Assembly (NCBI GenBank): GCA_047495785.1
Contig: JBLDXI010000056.1
Location: 248,001 to 312,000, forward strand
Source of the DNA: Lepidodermella squamata
Lineage: Eukaryota > Animalia > Gastrotricha
Reading direction: 5' to 3'
DNA: 64,000 bases
Of this stretch, positions 1-51,500 are shown piece after piece. How positions within the stretch are numbered: the stretch's first letter is position 1; each line of letters opens with the position of its first letter. The notes beneath the pieces were generated by a model, which was not told where the DNA came from, searched no databases, and saw only the letters and a list, made by a program, of their open reading frames with translations. A program made the position numbers and the translations under genes.

Positions 1-1070
1 AAGAGGCAGGATATGATTTTTGAAAGTTGTTATCATTCGCCATCTTGAAAATTAGTTTGTGACCTGGTACTTAGCGCCCGCTCATAGCACAATGATCAGC
101 TATGGCTCATAATATTTAGTCGAGAGTCCCAGCAAATTCCAAAGAATGTCGGCTCGAGGGAAAATTCCGCGAACTGACGAAATGGCAAGCAAAAAATTGC
201 AAGCAGCCAAAATGTATGGGGCAGAATGTTACTAGCGATATCACTGGGTGATCAACTGATTTTACTCCGAGAGCAAAAATTCATTGAATTCACTAAAATG
301 GAGGGCGCTATTCTGGAAGCTGGTAAAAGTTACCAGTCACAAATTTAACAGTTACCATTTTCAGGGACAAGCCTGGGCTAATTTGGAAAGGGGTTTCATT
401 GTCTTAAAAATGGTATTTTATAGCTCTAAATAAATACAGCGCCTCCCTGCAACTATACACCATTTTACTGCAAGGAAAGAAAAATGTTCTTAAGCATAGT
501 GCATTGAAAGAACCAGAGAACAAGTAAGAGTAACTTGAAATATCACCCCCGATCACTTAGATTTGCCACTTGTATCGCAACTACTAGCACAGCAATACCT
601 TTTTCTATTAGGCGTGCCAGAGTTACGCACGCGGCCGGTCCTGCGCGCGCAAAAAATATTCTTTCTAGCTAGCGAATAATAAAAAATTACGTATAAAGCA
701 CTTATTTCGAGAGTTTTTTCGAGGAATTTTGATTTTCTGCGAAGTTCGAGTTAGAACTTGGTCAACATAGGTATGTCGTTTCATAACAAAACTCGTTCTA
801 TAACGTCTTGAAATGAATTTTTTGCGCGTCAGGGATTAGTCGGCTAAAACATTCATAAAACTGCGAGGTTATGCCAATGATGTAAAAATGTAGCGACTTA
901 GAGATCAAAATTTTAGTTATTTGCACTGTAAATATCGCCGAAAGTAGCCTGAAAATTATAGAAAACCAGATTTACCTTGCTATATGAAAAGCCTATCGAA
1001 GTGATGAAATGGCTAGTCAGATGTAGCTAGCTTGAGGATTTAGAAATTTTAATAAGGATTCTTGTTGTAG

Positions 1071-19956
<18,886 letters not shown>

Positions 19957-21383
19957 GCGAACTGAATGAGGCCGCAATATACGCCGAACCTATTATCATT
20001 TATCCTTATTTTGCTTCACTCTGTTGCAAAACTATTGTTTCTGCTTTTGCATGGGGAACTTGGCGATCGGCCTCCTCGCGGCGTTCCCTGGAGCCACTTA
20101 CAGTGGTACTAACGATCGCAATTCGATTGTATAAATATCTATGTATAGAAATAATAAAATTAGCGATGCACAACTAATTGATGACTCATTCTATGATCCT
20201 ACTTGATAAGAAACCAAACATAATGAGGAAGTACCTTCGGCACTTTTGAGCACTGATCAATTTGAATTTACCTTCAATGGTCGAACGTACTTTCCGTTAA
20301 AAAAATCTATAAATATAAAGTAAATTGGTCGTTTTAGCGCGTCACTAAAGATATAATCTATGGCTAGTTTTTTCCGTGCGGAGAGTGTAATTTACACAAG
20401 AAATTCGACATCGAGGGAAGACCGTTCTTTCTTTGTGATGCTCAATTCATCATTGTTCTGCAAACTTTTTCCGAAGCAGAGAAAATCGAAGAGCACTACT
20501 AAGTGAAACGGCTAGAAGGCCAACACGCGCGACGCGGTATTTGTTATTTCAGATTTTGAATATATTGTATGACAAATTTGGTCGCTATTTCCCGAAGATC
20601 CCTTGGAAAAGAAAGGCAAACATTCATACCCCACACATTACTGTTTCGACTGCAGCCTCTAACATGAGATCTTTTCAGTGTTAGTAACATATTGATTTCT
20701 TTGTTGAACTAAAGTTAACCTTAAAGAGGATCGTGCAGTCAAATTTAATCAAGTGATTAGTGCGTTCGTAACGGGCCCTGGGTCCGGGCTTTACACAATA
20801 TGCTAATCGATATCGAGGCTCAATGCTCTTTACCAAGTCAGACCGGCTGTTAGGTAAATACGCAACTTTGAACAATCCTTGAGGTGCATTGTTTAGAATT
20901 ATTTTTAAGTATGAGCAAAGAGTTTGAACCAAAATTAGACGACATCGTATCCTGGCAACCGGAGTTATTTTCAGCTTCATGCATCAATACAGGATACATG
21001 ATAGCACCCTGCAGCAACGCGCTCACGAAATGTGCGAACGGCCTGGAAGATCATATTATTTTATAGGAAATATTGAAAAACGGCTCGTAAGAATGGCAAG
21101 AAAGTTCGAGAAAGTCATGAATTAGCAACAGGAAGCATTCCTTTTTAATCGATATACACAGCCGTTCGGTGCTACCAGACAGTTAGCTTTATAGGCCCTT
21201 TTTATTTCAAGATGTGATGTTTTGATATTGGATATTGCTAAGGACTGAAAAAATATGAAACTTTTGATGGTGCCATAATGAATTATGCATATCGACAGGA
21301 ATGCCTTTCAAGTTTGAATAATAAAATGAATTAATTCTTGGAGAATTTTCTTCAAGCGAAGTATACCTAATAGCATTTGAACA

Positions 21384-41445
<20,062 letters not shown>

Positions 41446-41659
41446 GGGCAGTACTTCAATGATTAAGAGACTGCAAAACGCATCAACGACTGTGTCTATA
41501 GTTTTATTTGCTTTAATTATTTGCCGAAATCTTTTGTTGCTTTCGCATGGGGAACTTAGCGATCGGCCTCCGCGTGGCGTTCCCTGGAGCCGTTATCGAA
41601 GATGATAATGGTACTAACAGATCGCATTTACTTTGATCAAACAAATCTACTAAATTTTA

Positions 41660-44475
41660 TCATAGTAAAACAGTTAATGCCTTAGTGACAACGATTGGAT
41701 CAGAAAGCAAGTTGTCTATGGTAAATTCCACATTGTGTTCCCCAGCAGATTCTGCTTTTATCTCTACTGTACCATTCTTGCGTACTAAATCCAGTGTGAC
41801 ATTGCCTACCTTGTTTCCTCCGATTCTGGCTTCCACAACCGGGGCAGCATAAGCAGCCGACTCACTGTAGTTGAATTTCGCAATAGCAGTCTCGCCTACT
41901 TTAACCGATGGCATGTCCTGGATCCGAAAATTATTTAACCTCGACTGCGAATGGATATCAATCGCGGCAGAAATTGCGCCATTTGATGAGCTTGTAGAGG
42001 CTGTGTATCGTCCGCCAGTTTCTAACATACTGTCAGCGTAATCTGTTGAGACAGCTGCGAAGCAACCCATCATTTCCATAGAAAATACCACAGAGCCAGT
42101 GGCTAACAATTTCATTTTTTTCAGAATAGCAGGCTCTGGTAGCTCGTGAATTCTATCAGCCTCTATTGCCGAGTCGAACCAATTTTGACCATCGATTGAG
42201 TGGGAAATATTAAAAAATTTGGAATTCCCCTTTCGGTTCGAAATTTTAACGGCGCTTAGCCAGATGTTTTGTGGAAACGCAATTTGAAGCCACTCGGATG
42301 ACGTGAGAGCAATCTGGTCAGCTGAATGGTATTTGACACCAGTACTCGCTGACATCTCCTCGGCTACTGACATCAAATCGTTAGGGCAGATGTCTGATCT
42401 GATTGAATACAAATCAGTCTTTCCGGAACTCTCTCTTAACCCAGACCAGTCTTCTGATGCGCTGAAATGACACGCAGATCCTGTGTAAATCACGTTCTTG
42501 CAGCCGAGCGTCAGGCATTTTTTAAGGCAAATATCGGCACTTAATTGGTTTGGGGACCTACAAACAACAGAGTTCGGCCAACCGTCAGAGGTCCAGGCGA
42601 TAGCTGAGCCATTCCACCAGGCGTAATAATTGCCCCTATCCAAAGAAGCTGGCCGTTTAAGAATAGTAGGGCGGCCAGAAAGTTCAAGAAAATCGGCTGA
42701 TGTTGAGAGACGGCGGTATCCGAAGCCGAAAGAACTGCCTGGTCCAGCTAATTTGGCAGCAAATTGCAGCTCATTATCAGAGACAGGGCTGAGAGGCAAC
42801 GCGTTTTCAAACTCGCAGGCTGCTCTGTGAATGTCGTAATCCGTTCCTGGTTGTAGATTAAGGGAAACGTTGAAAGCTCGATAGCAGCCACCGCCCCAAA
42901 CGCGCCACATAGGCGGGCAGAAAGCAGCTGGTTGTTCGCAGATGTTAGCCATAGGTTTCAACCAAGCACTATTAGATGGCATCGATTGGAGAAATGTACG
43001 CGTTTCATTTATATCGAGATCTGCTAGGTCACCACCTTCAGCTTTACATAGATCTCTAGCTTGCGAAGCAGTGACGGGTGAAGTCTTAAATGCAAAGCAG
43101 CGTCCGCTATAGCTCGTGTAGTTTTCCGGGCAATCCCCAGCCCAAATCTGAGCTTTTTTCGCACTTTCATGGGTCCTACTTGCCGTTCTTACGAAGTAGC
43201 GACGAGGTTTCGAGCCATAAATCGGTTTCTCGCAAATCGTAGCGGCCAAATCTGAACAGGTTGTACGATTCTGCACTCCAGTTCGACCTTTTAGTATGGT
43301 GCAGCTTTCAGATCCATTCCAAGGCCCCAGAAAATAATCGAAATTCTGATCGGTGTAACTTTTCATGGTTCTAGCAGCGTCACTCGTTGACCGTAAAACT
43401 TCCCCTCCAACCGATTTGCATGATTGAGTTGCTTTCAAAAAGGATCCAAGTGAGTTAACGCTTTTGTAACATTTGTTTGTCGCAGCGTCATAATTCCAGC
43501 CTTCCGATGGCCCGCAGTAGCTGGAGATGGCAGCTTCCCTTCTGCAAATAAAGCTCCTCGATTCGTTGCATTGTGCATTCTGAACGCGTCTGCTTGGGAA
43601 ATGGTAAACAGCGCACGAACCCGCACTTGCATTCGGCGAGATTTGGCTCACTTCTTGCCAGAACGGCGTGATCAACCCAGATTTGTCTTCCTCGGCAACC
43701 CAAGATTTTGCTTCGTCACGCAATAGGCTATAGCCCATCCAGGGTTCAACGTCTGTTGGACCGCCGGATGACACCATCACAGTTTTTAGAAAATCGAGTT
43801 CAGGTTGCGATTTTACAGTTACCCTGAAAAATCAAGAGAGAAATTGCGTACAACTCGAAACTCGTCCTGATTTAAGCATGAATTAATGGAGATTCGCGAA
43901 TTATACTCACAAATTACCACCCGCTGATGAGCAGTATGTCATGGCTCGGTCGAATGCCATCTTGTTTGCGAAGTAGTAGCGATAGCAAGCGTCGATGCCA
44001 AGACTGCTAACAGCAGATACCCTGAAAGAGAAAAATAGGAAAGAGAAAGATGAAGTTGAAAGAATAAAGACCATCCATTAGAGCATGGCGCGAACTGTCG
44101 ATCAACAGTTCTTTCCCAGCCAATGTTATCGTCTCGCATTGTTGTAACAGTAGTTACATTCTCCATTGGTTCGGAGAAATTCATTATTACCGTGGCTGGA
44201 TTGCCGATCTCAGTAACAGGCTGATTTGCCATGAAAATCGACGGACTCCCATCATTCTGAAACAAAAACACGAAATTGGCGCCAAATAATTCCAAAAAAT
44301 TAGCAAAAGGACAAGCATGGCAAACATAAGGACAGGTAGGGATTTTCAAAATTCTTTCTCTGATTGATTTCTATGCTTGGACCAAATTGAGCAGGACTAG
44401 TGATACCTTTTGTGAGCTGGCGTATCTTCCTAAAGCGACCAGACTTAAGACTAACCGGTAAAGATGCAGAGACAT
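41660..44475 (-). CDS. Secreted multi-C-type-lectin / degenerate FA58C protein (~840 aa); exons 44475-44407, 44256-44072, 44021-43911, 43823-41660
   Basis: Signal-like MSLHLYRLVLSLVALGRYASSQK; GT-AG introns keep the frame. CTL motifs (CSNGW...ACYRY...YCSSAGGNL; CPENYTSYSGRCF...CKAEGGDLA; CPPMWRVWGGGCY) and discoidin-like EWLQIAFPQNIWLSAVKI...SHSIDGQNW...MEMMGC. Confidence 0.85.
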
Positions 44476-45371
44476 TCTATAAACAGTAAAAAGATGAGCG
44501 AAATTCTAGATTTCTCAAACGTTTTTATCCGATGTTTCTTTTTGAAATTCTCAAATACACATGTCCTGCCATTTAAGGTTAAGAGCTCTGCCTAAACAAG
44601 TGGCATTATCTGCTTTGTTGTATTTTCTGGCAAAAGCACGCTCACCTTTACTGCAGTTTCTTCGCCCACGTAAGGGCTGTTTGCTGTTTCACGAAATTGG
44701 AATAAAGCTATAATTATCTGGAGGGTTTTTCATTGCCTACAGTGCCCCATCAAAATGAGCTATGATGTCTAAAGTTGCACGAAACATTCAAAGCAATTAT
44801 ATTTTCGCTTTATTATTCTTAAACTTTACTGGGAAGGAACTATGCCATTAAACTTTACTAAAAGACGTTAGAATAAATAGCTGTGCCTGTCAATTAAAGT
44901 AAGTTCGACGAGTTGTTGGCAGTTCGAAGTCATCCTGCTGAATTTGATATAAACTTAACAACGGCTTCGAAAGTTGTAGAAGTTAGGCTGGCGTAACTTT
45001 GCATCAGCTGCCACGTTGCAAATTTTAACCGCTAAGCAGACTGCGCCAGTCTCAAGAATTTAAAAATGTAGCTTCATTTTCATAAGATGATGATATATGA
45101 TCTCAGTAAAATGCAAGCTTACTGAGAGGAGCAAGCATATCCGTTTCGGCATACACTGCATTAGACTGTCGGACATTATCAATTATTCAAGCAGAATTGG
45201 GATGTGCTGAACAACTTGCGAAAGACACATCAATCTGTCCCCTCTCTTGTAATCGAATTCTGCATAAAACCAGCAGCGGATGCTTATAGATTACTCGGTT
45301 TAAACTTTAATTTGATATTCACTAGAACCACTTTAAAATTCACGTTACAAAACAATATCGGTTTATTTTAT

Positions 45372-46136
45372 TCAGTAGTAAAGCGTTGTTTTCGCACGTT
45401 GCATCTTTCGCCGCCTCGCCCAACTCATAATTCGCTCTTTGGAAACATAAGTCGGGGGAAGGATTGTTCTAGATATTGCCGTAGACGGTTTTGTGATCGT
45501 CAAAATGCGTTGTGGTTCGATGAGCTCATCAGCACTTTGCTCGTGGGATACACTGTACTTGCTTGGCAGATCTTCAAATACAGAATCGGCTAACATGGGC
45601 AACTGCAACTTGCGATTGCGTTGGCTAGCGTAAATATCACGCTTTTCTTTTAGAGTTCTCTAGAAACCAATATTGCGTAAGAATTTTTCGAATTTCAATG
45701 ATTTCATCTTACCTCATAGTCTGGGAAAAGTCTTAACACGGTGTCGAAGGCGTGATCCGCCTCATCTCCGCGTTTCAAATCAGCGAGGACCACAAACTTC
45801 CGCAAATGAGTCTTTATCTCATATGGTTTGCTTTCACAAGCTCTAACGGCGTCCTGCAGGGCCATTTCCGACTTTCCGATCGCAGAATAGCACACACTTC
45901 GCTGGAGAAGTACGGAATGATGGAGGCCTAAACCTGTCTGCAATCGCTCGATTGTATCGAACTTTTCAATAGCATCTTTGTATTGTCCTGGTTTTTAACA
46001 CCTTAAGACGCAATTCTACAAGCAACTTGATAAATTTACCTGCTATCAACAGCCGCTTCCCAGCATCATTGAGCTCATCAATAGTCCTATGCCGAGCTGA
46101 CACTGATTTACACAGCCTCACGCTACCAGCAGCCAT
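45372..46136 (-). CDS. Small TPR-repeat protein (219 aa); exons 46136-46040, 45987-45713, 45659-45372
   Basis: ELNDAGKRLLIAGQYKDAIEKF...VLLQRSVCYSAIGKSEMALQDAVRACESKP...KTHLRKFVVLADLKRGDEADHAFDTVLRLFP gives three TPR-like units. Two ~52-bp GT-AG introns preserve frame and AATAAA follows the stop. Confidence 0.8.
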
Positions 46137-46989
46137 GGAATAGCTAGAATACCGAATATAATCTGCAGCTCGCCCAAGCAGAAGGAACGAAATTCAAACT
46201 TTCACGCGTTCCAATTATTTGCTTTAGTACCTAACTTTTCTGTCAAAAAGTGGCCGACAGTGAATGGAATATAGTCGTTTGCTTTATGTGCGATGAATCA
46301 ATAGCCGCAATGTATCCTTGGTGACGCTATTAATGCTTTGTGAAATTGAATTAAGTGAGCAGTGAGCGGAGAATGCGGTCTGCGATTTTAGGTTCAGCGA
46401 CAACACAAATGATGGTGTTTTATGGGACATGCGGTCATCGACTGAAAGAGGCTAGCATTATTTTTTTGGCTCGTAAAATTGGCGGTAATCATTTTAACGT
46501 GTAGGCATAATTCTCGGGCAGCTCTTTTTGCTCTCACTTTTGCGACTTAGTGATTTTAGAAATCGCCTGTTCAATTGGATTCACGATGATTGTGGGATTC
46601 ACCGATTTGACCTTTATAAAATTACCGTTTGTTTCACGTGTTCCGGCATTAACAAAATGCGATGAAAAACGAAACTTGATTCAAAAAGGCCACCGAAAAA
46701 TCAGTGCCGAATAGAAGCATGTACGCAGGTGCCCTTCATTTTGCTCATGCACAGACTGAGAACCCACGACTTAATAACTCATCAAGCCCAACATAATGCC
46801 CCTGCCCTCCCGCATAGCACCTGCACCGATCAAGAAGCCGACGAAGGCGAATTATGAGGCGCTTATGAACCTTGGAGAGTCTCATTAAGAACGAAATTAA
46901 CAAAGCTGATGCGCGATATGAGGCAATAAGGAAATACTCTGTGGCTAGCCATGGAGCAATATAATTTCCCCCGGATTTGGAACCTTGAG

Positions 46990-47480
46990 TGAGTCCGGAA
47001 ATGGGGAAATACTGGAAAACTGGGATTTTGGTGGCCTCTGAAAAACTTTTATCAGCATTTGCATGAAGTAGCGTCCAACCATGATGGGCTGTGGCGTCGA
47101 CACTCGCTCACAGCTCCGCAAGGACTCTCCCATCATCAGTGCTCCCTTCCACTGAAGCCAATGCAACGCTGTAAAACCACAGTCGGGCGCGTAATTGATG
47201 TTGGAGCCGAAGTTGCTTACGGAAGCTCTCGCAATTTCGGCGTTATGTCATCAACAGTCTCGATATTGGCTGCGAATTCGCCCGCGAGTATCCTCTAAAC
47301 CTCGTTTTGTTCATTCATACAGGCTGCGTGCAGCGGTGTTAAAAGCTGCTCCTGCTCCGCGTTGATATTGGCTTCAAACTTTCATACTAGGGCTCCCCCG
47401 ATTTCGGTAAGGCCTTCGCCGCTGCGTAATGCAATGGCGTGGTGCAGGTGCCATCAGCAGCATCAATTATCGCCTAACCT
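46990..47480 (-). pseudogene. Ankyrin-repeat pseudogene fragment
   Basis: Minus strand reads AIIDAADGTCTTPLHYAAAK, ANINAEQEQLLTPLHAACMN, SNINYAPDCGFTALHW and VDATAHHGWTLLH, broken by stops and frameshifts. Confidence 0.75.
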
Positions 47481-48561
47481 TAATCCAAGGCACTCTTAAA
47501 CTGCGCTAATAGGGAGATCTGCGACCTGGATCTGACCAAGTTTCAATTATTGAAGTAAAAGCCATAGTCACTTATGCCACGCGCTAAAATATTTTTATTG
47601 TTAATCCATTAAAATCATCATTCAAGTAATGCGGCTGTTGCAGTAAGAATTAAACGCTACAAGGTCGGCGTTCGCAGTCACCACCTGATTATAATCATCA
47701 TTCATTCTCTCTATAACAAGATCATCATAACAAGATAATCGAAATAATATTGATAATAAATAATGATAGTATTATGCAATAGCAATAATCATCAAATAAC
47801 GATAACGACAAAAGGATTTTTATAGGTAGATTTATTTCAATTTTTTACTGAGTGCGTCGCAGAGAGGTGGCTCGCAGCTGCTCGAAGTTGCGCAGTCTGG
47901 GCAAAATAGTGCACGTGCGCAACGAGGTGCTCGTTTGCAGGCAGGTATAAATAGATGTCATATAAATAAGTAAATAAATAAATGAGATCATCAATAAATT
48001 CAAATGAGATCAGCTCGCCATGTTGTTTGTTCCAACTAAAACCGATAGAAATTTGTATTACACAAAACCAATTCAAGTTGCGGAATGTTGTTGATGTTGA
48101 TGATGAACGCCACTTTTATAGTTATCACACTGTCGACGAAAATGCATAAAACTACGAAAAGACCTCGCCGGGCAGCCTTATCGTCGTCCAAAAAATTCCA
48201 CGCCGTTTCTTACTCGATAGAACGCTGCGAAAAAAACCGCGTAAATGCCCCAGCTTCTACCGAGTAAGAAACCGGCCAGTCCGAATCAACCACCATTTGG
48301 CATCAGGCAGGCTAAAAACAAGATTTTGGTTGGTCCTCGATGTAACAAAAGAGTACTTGAATCATGAGCAGAGAAAAACGCGGGGTAGACTCAGAGAGTA
48401 TATTTATACGCTTGAGGTAAAACCACAACATGAAGTGATGAGATGGAATGGCAGTTACGCAATCGATCTGACTTCTTACAATGGAAGAGGAAAGCCTTAT
48501 TTGTTTGTATCTCGTATATCATCATTTATATAAGCTAGGCACAGCAAAATAAGTAGTAAAG

Positions 48562-51500
48562 CTAGGATGTAGATGTTGGCTCTGAGGTCAGCGATATCGC
48601 AGCACGGGCTGGCGGGGGGCGAAGAGACGGCGAAGTGAACGACCGGCGGAGGGTGGCCGCGTCAGGGCTCTGCAGCACCTCATCGTCGTCGTCATCCGGC
48701 GGCGTGTGCCTGCTCGTCACCAGGTGGTGGTGGCTCGAGAAATCAGACGCCGAGTAGGCATGTTGATCGCGGAAGTAAGCGTGTTGCTGCTGATCCGAGG
48801 CCGACTCCCGATTGATGACAGTCGACTGCCGGGACAGCATTTGGTGGTGCTTACTGTCAGAATGCCTACACGGCGCTGAGGGCGGTGAGCCGGTTGCCGA
48901 GTGGCAGTTACACGAGCAGGACGAGCCTGATGACGGCGGGGATGAGCTGCATTTAAGAGGCTGACCACCCGCTCCAGGGACTGTTGTTGCAGTGACGAGG
49001 ACGCTTGGCCGGGTTTTCGGCAGCAGACCATCTCCACTGCTCACACTGCCTCCGTGGTGGAGGGAGACAGGCGGAGGGTTGGAGGTTGAGGCTAATCGGT
49101 TAGATGAACCAAGTTGACCACTGCTATGCAACGAGGAAGATCTGTGGTCGTTGATAGCCGCCTCCAAACGCCGCGTTTCTGAATACAGCCGGTTTGCGTC
49201 TGAAAAAGCGAAGAAAACTCTCAAAACTTGCATGCGGCAAATGATTTCAACTTCAAAATTAATTAATTAATTTTTTAATAATTCAACAATTAAAAATAAA
49301 AATGAAAAATAATTTTGTTCTCAATTTGTGACCTATAATTTGAATTTTTTATCTAACAAATCTACGAAAGCAAGACGAAGACCCGAAGATGAAGAGATCC
49401 CGAACGAAAGGAGAAGAACTGTTACGACATTTATCAGAAATCAAAAGTGCCGCCGTGACATGCCCAAAAGATGAAGTGCCCACATTTAGAAATTTGAACT
49501 CAAAATAGATTGAAGAATTTGCGTGCTGGTTATAACTCACCGGTTTGCTGGTACAAGAAACTAGGCATTGGGGTAACACTCAGCTAAAAACAAGAACACT
49601 CTGCTCTACGAAGATTGGGCCACAACGACCCTGAGAAGTAGGGTTCATTACGGGGTTACTTCAAAACGCGAAGATAGTGAAGAAAAAGGAAAAGGACAAA
49701 CAAAGTCACAAGACAACACTGACCTCTTCATCGGATCACTTCACGCCCGTTGAGCCCTAGGCGATATCGCTGACTCAGTTGCGGTAAGTGTTTGTTCACG
49801 GACCGAGATGGGGGTCGCGGGCGACAGCACCCAGCGACTGGTCGAGCGCCTGGCGCAGGTCCCGCGTGTCGTCGCACGGTCGGCCGCGCGAGAAGAACTG
49901 CTGGCGGCGGCGAATTTCGGCCGCTAGTTGGTCCTTGAGCGTTGCGATCTGCTCCTCGAGGCCGCGAATGCGCTGACGGTGGATGCGCTCGCGCAGCTCC
50001 AGCGTCCGCTCAGCTTGTTGTTGCGAGGTTCTGAGCCGTTCGACTTCGACCTGAAAATACATCAATTTTTGAAAAACTGCGAAATTTCGACTTCAAAATT
50101 CCTTTACCTGGCCTTCATTGCGTTGCCGGCTAGCGAGTTCGATAAGGCGTTGGGCGTGTTGCTGCTCGAGCTCAGCCAACTGAGCCTGGACAGCTGCGAG
50201 TTGCCGGTGCAGTTCGCCATTCTCGCCCTCCATGCGCTCCAACACCGCGTCCATGGAGCATTTCTCCGCAATCTGCCGACTAGCATTCTCCTCCGTGCGC
50301 GCCTTGTCACGCTCAACCTTGTCCAGGTTGCAGCGCAGCGATTGGCGCTCCTTTTCCAAACGCTGTTGCAGCTTCTCCAACTCGCGCTTCTCCGTGTCTA
50401 AGGCAGCGGCCTGTCGCTGCAGTTGAGCAGCCCGGTCGACTGCGGCTTGGCGCTCGGCCTGGCATCGCTGCATACGGCCCTGAAGCTCCTGCTCAGCCTC
50501 CTGCCTCGCGACCAGCAAAGCATGGGCTTGCCTCAACTGCGCCTCTAGCTCCGACCGCCGGAGTTGGGCGTCCGCCAGTTCGGCTTGAAGGGCCTGAACG
50601 CGGTCCGCCAACGCAGCGCCTTGGCGTTTCGCATCGCCAACCGCCTGTCTCGCGGCATCGAGGCGCTCCTGCAGAATCCTCCGGTCGTGCTCCGAGGCAG
50701 TGAGGGCGCGTTGCAGTTGGCTCTCGCGCTCCTGCGTTTCAGCAAGAGCGGCCTGGTTGTCGTTGAGAGCCGAGTTGAGACGCTCGGCGCGTTCTCGCGT
50801 CGACGAGCCTTCCTCCTCCTGTTTAGCCAGGGCGAGGGACAGGCGGTCGATGGTGAGCTGCAGCGATTGCGCCTTCGCCTCCAGCTCGACGACCTGCTTC
50901 TGCAGCTGCTCGATGCGGTCGTGGGCGACCGCGGCTTCGGTGTCGCGGTCGGCGAGGGCGACGCGCAGTCGCTGCAACTCGCCCTCGAGGCCACGAGCAC
51001 GCAACTCACCGGCCGTGACTCGCTTCTCCGCCTCTTCGACGGCACCGCGAAGCGCCCGCTTCTCCTCCTCGAGCCTCTGCTCGTTGCAACGCGCCTTCTG
51101 CAGCTTCTCATTGAGACGGGCCTTCTCGGAATCTGCAGTCGCAATCGCGCGCTCCAGCTGCGTGGTCTTCTCAGCGGCAGCTCGTTTCTCCCGCTCAAGA
51201 CGGCGGATGTTCTCCTCCTGCAGGAGAAGGGCGGTCTGGGTGGAGGCGAGGCGCGAATCCGTGCCTCGCTTGTCCTCCTCGGCCTCGCCCAACGAGCGCT
51301 GCAGTTGCGATAGACGAGCGTCGATGCGGTCGCGTTCGTCCCGCAGCTCCTTGCACGTGATCTGCATCTGGCGGGCCTGGGCCTGCGCGTCTTCACGGTC
51401 ACGCTCTAGCAAAGCGACTTGGGCCATGAATTCCTTCAGTTGGTTGCGGATCGCATCCGGGTCGATCTCGGCAACAGCTGCGGACAGGTCGCCGACAGCT

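Noticed and set aside
55-345. Degenerate inverted repeats (TTTGTGAC..TGGTA / TACCAGTCACAAA; TAGCGCCC / GGGCGCTA)
   Set aside because: Ends and TSD cannot be defined; likely a decayed MITE.
20040-20100. SECIS element in the conserved 3' hairpin
   Set aside because: Lacks the AUGA/GA quartet and apical AA, and no in-frame UGA is needed in the gene model.
20200-21300. Possible small gene between copies A and B
   Set aside because: Only short frames with stops and no recognisable motif or consistent splice model.
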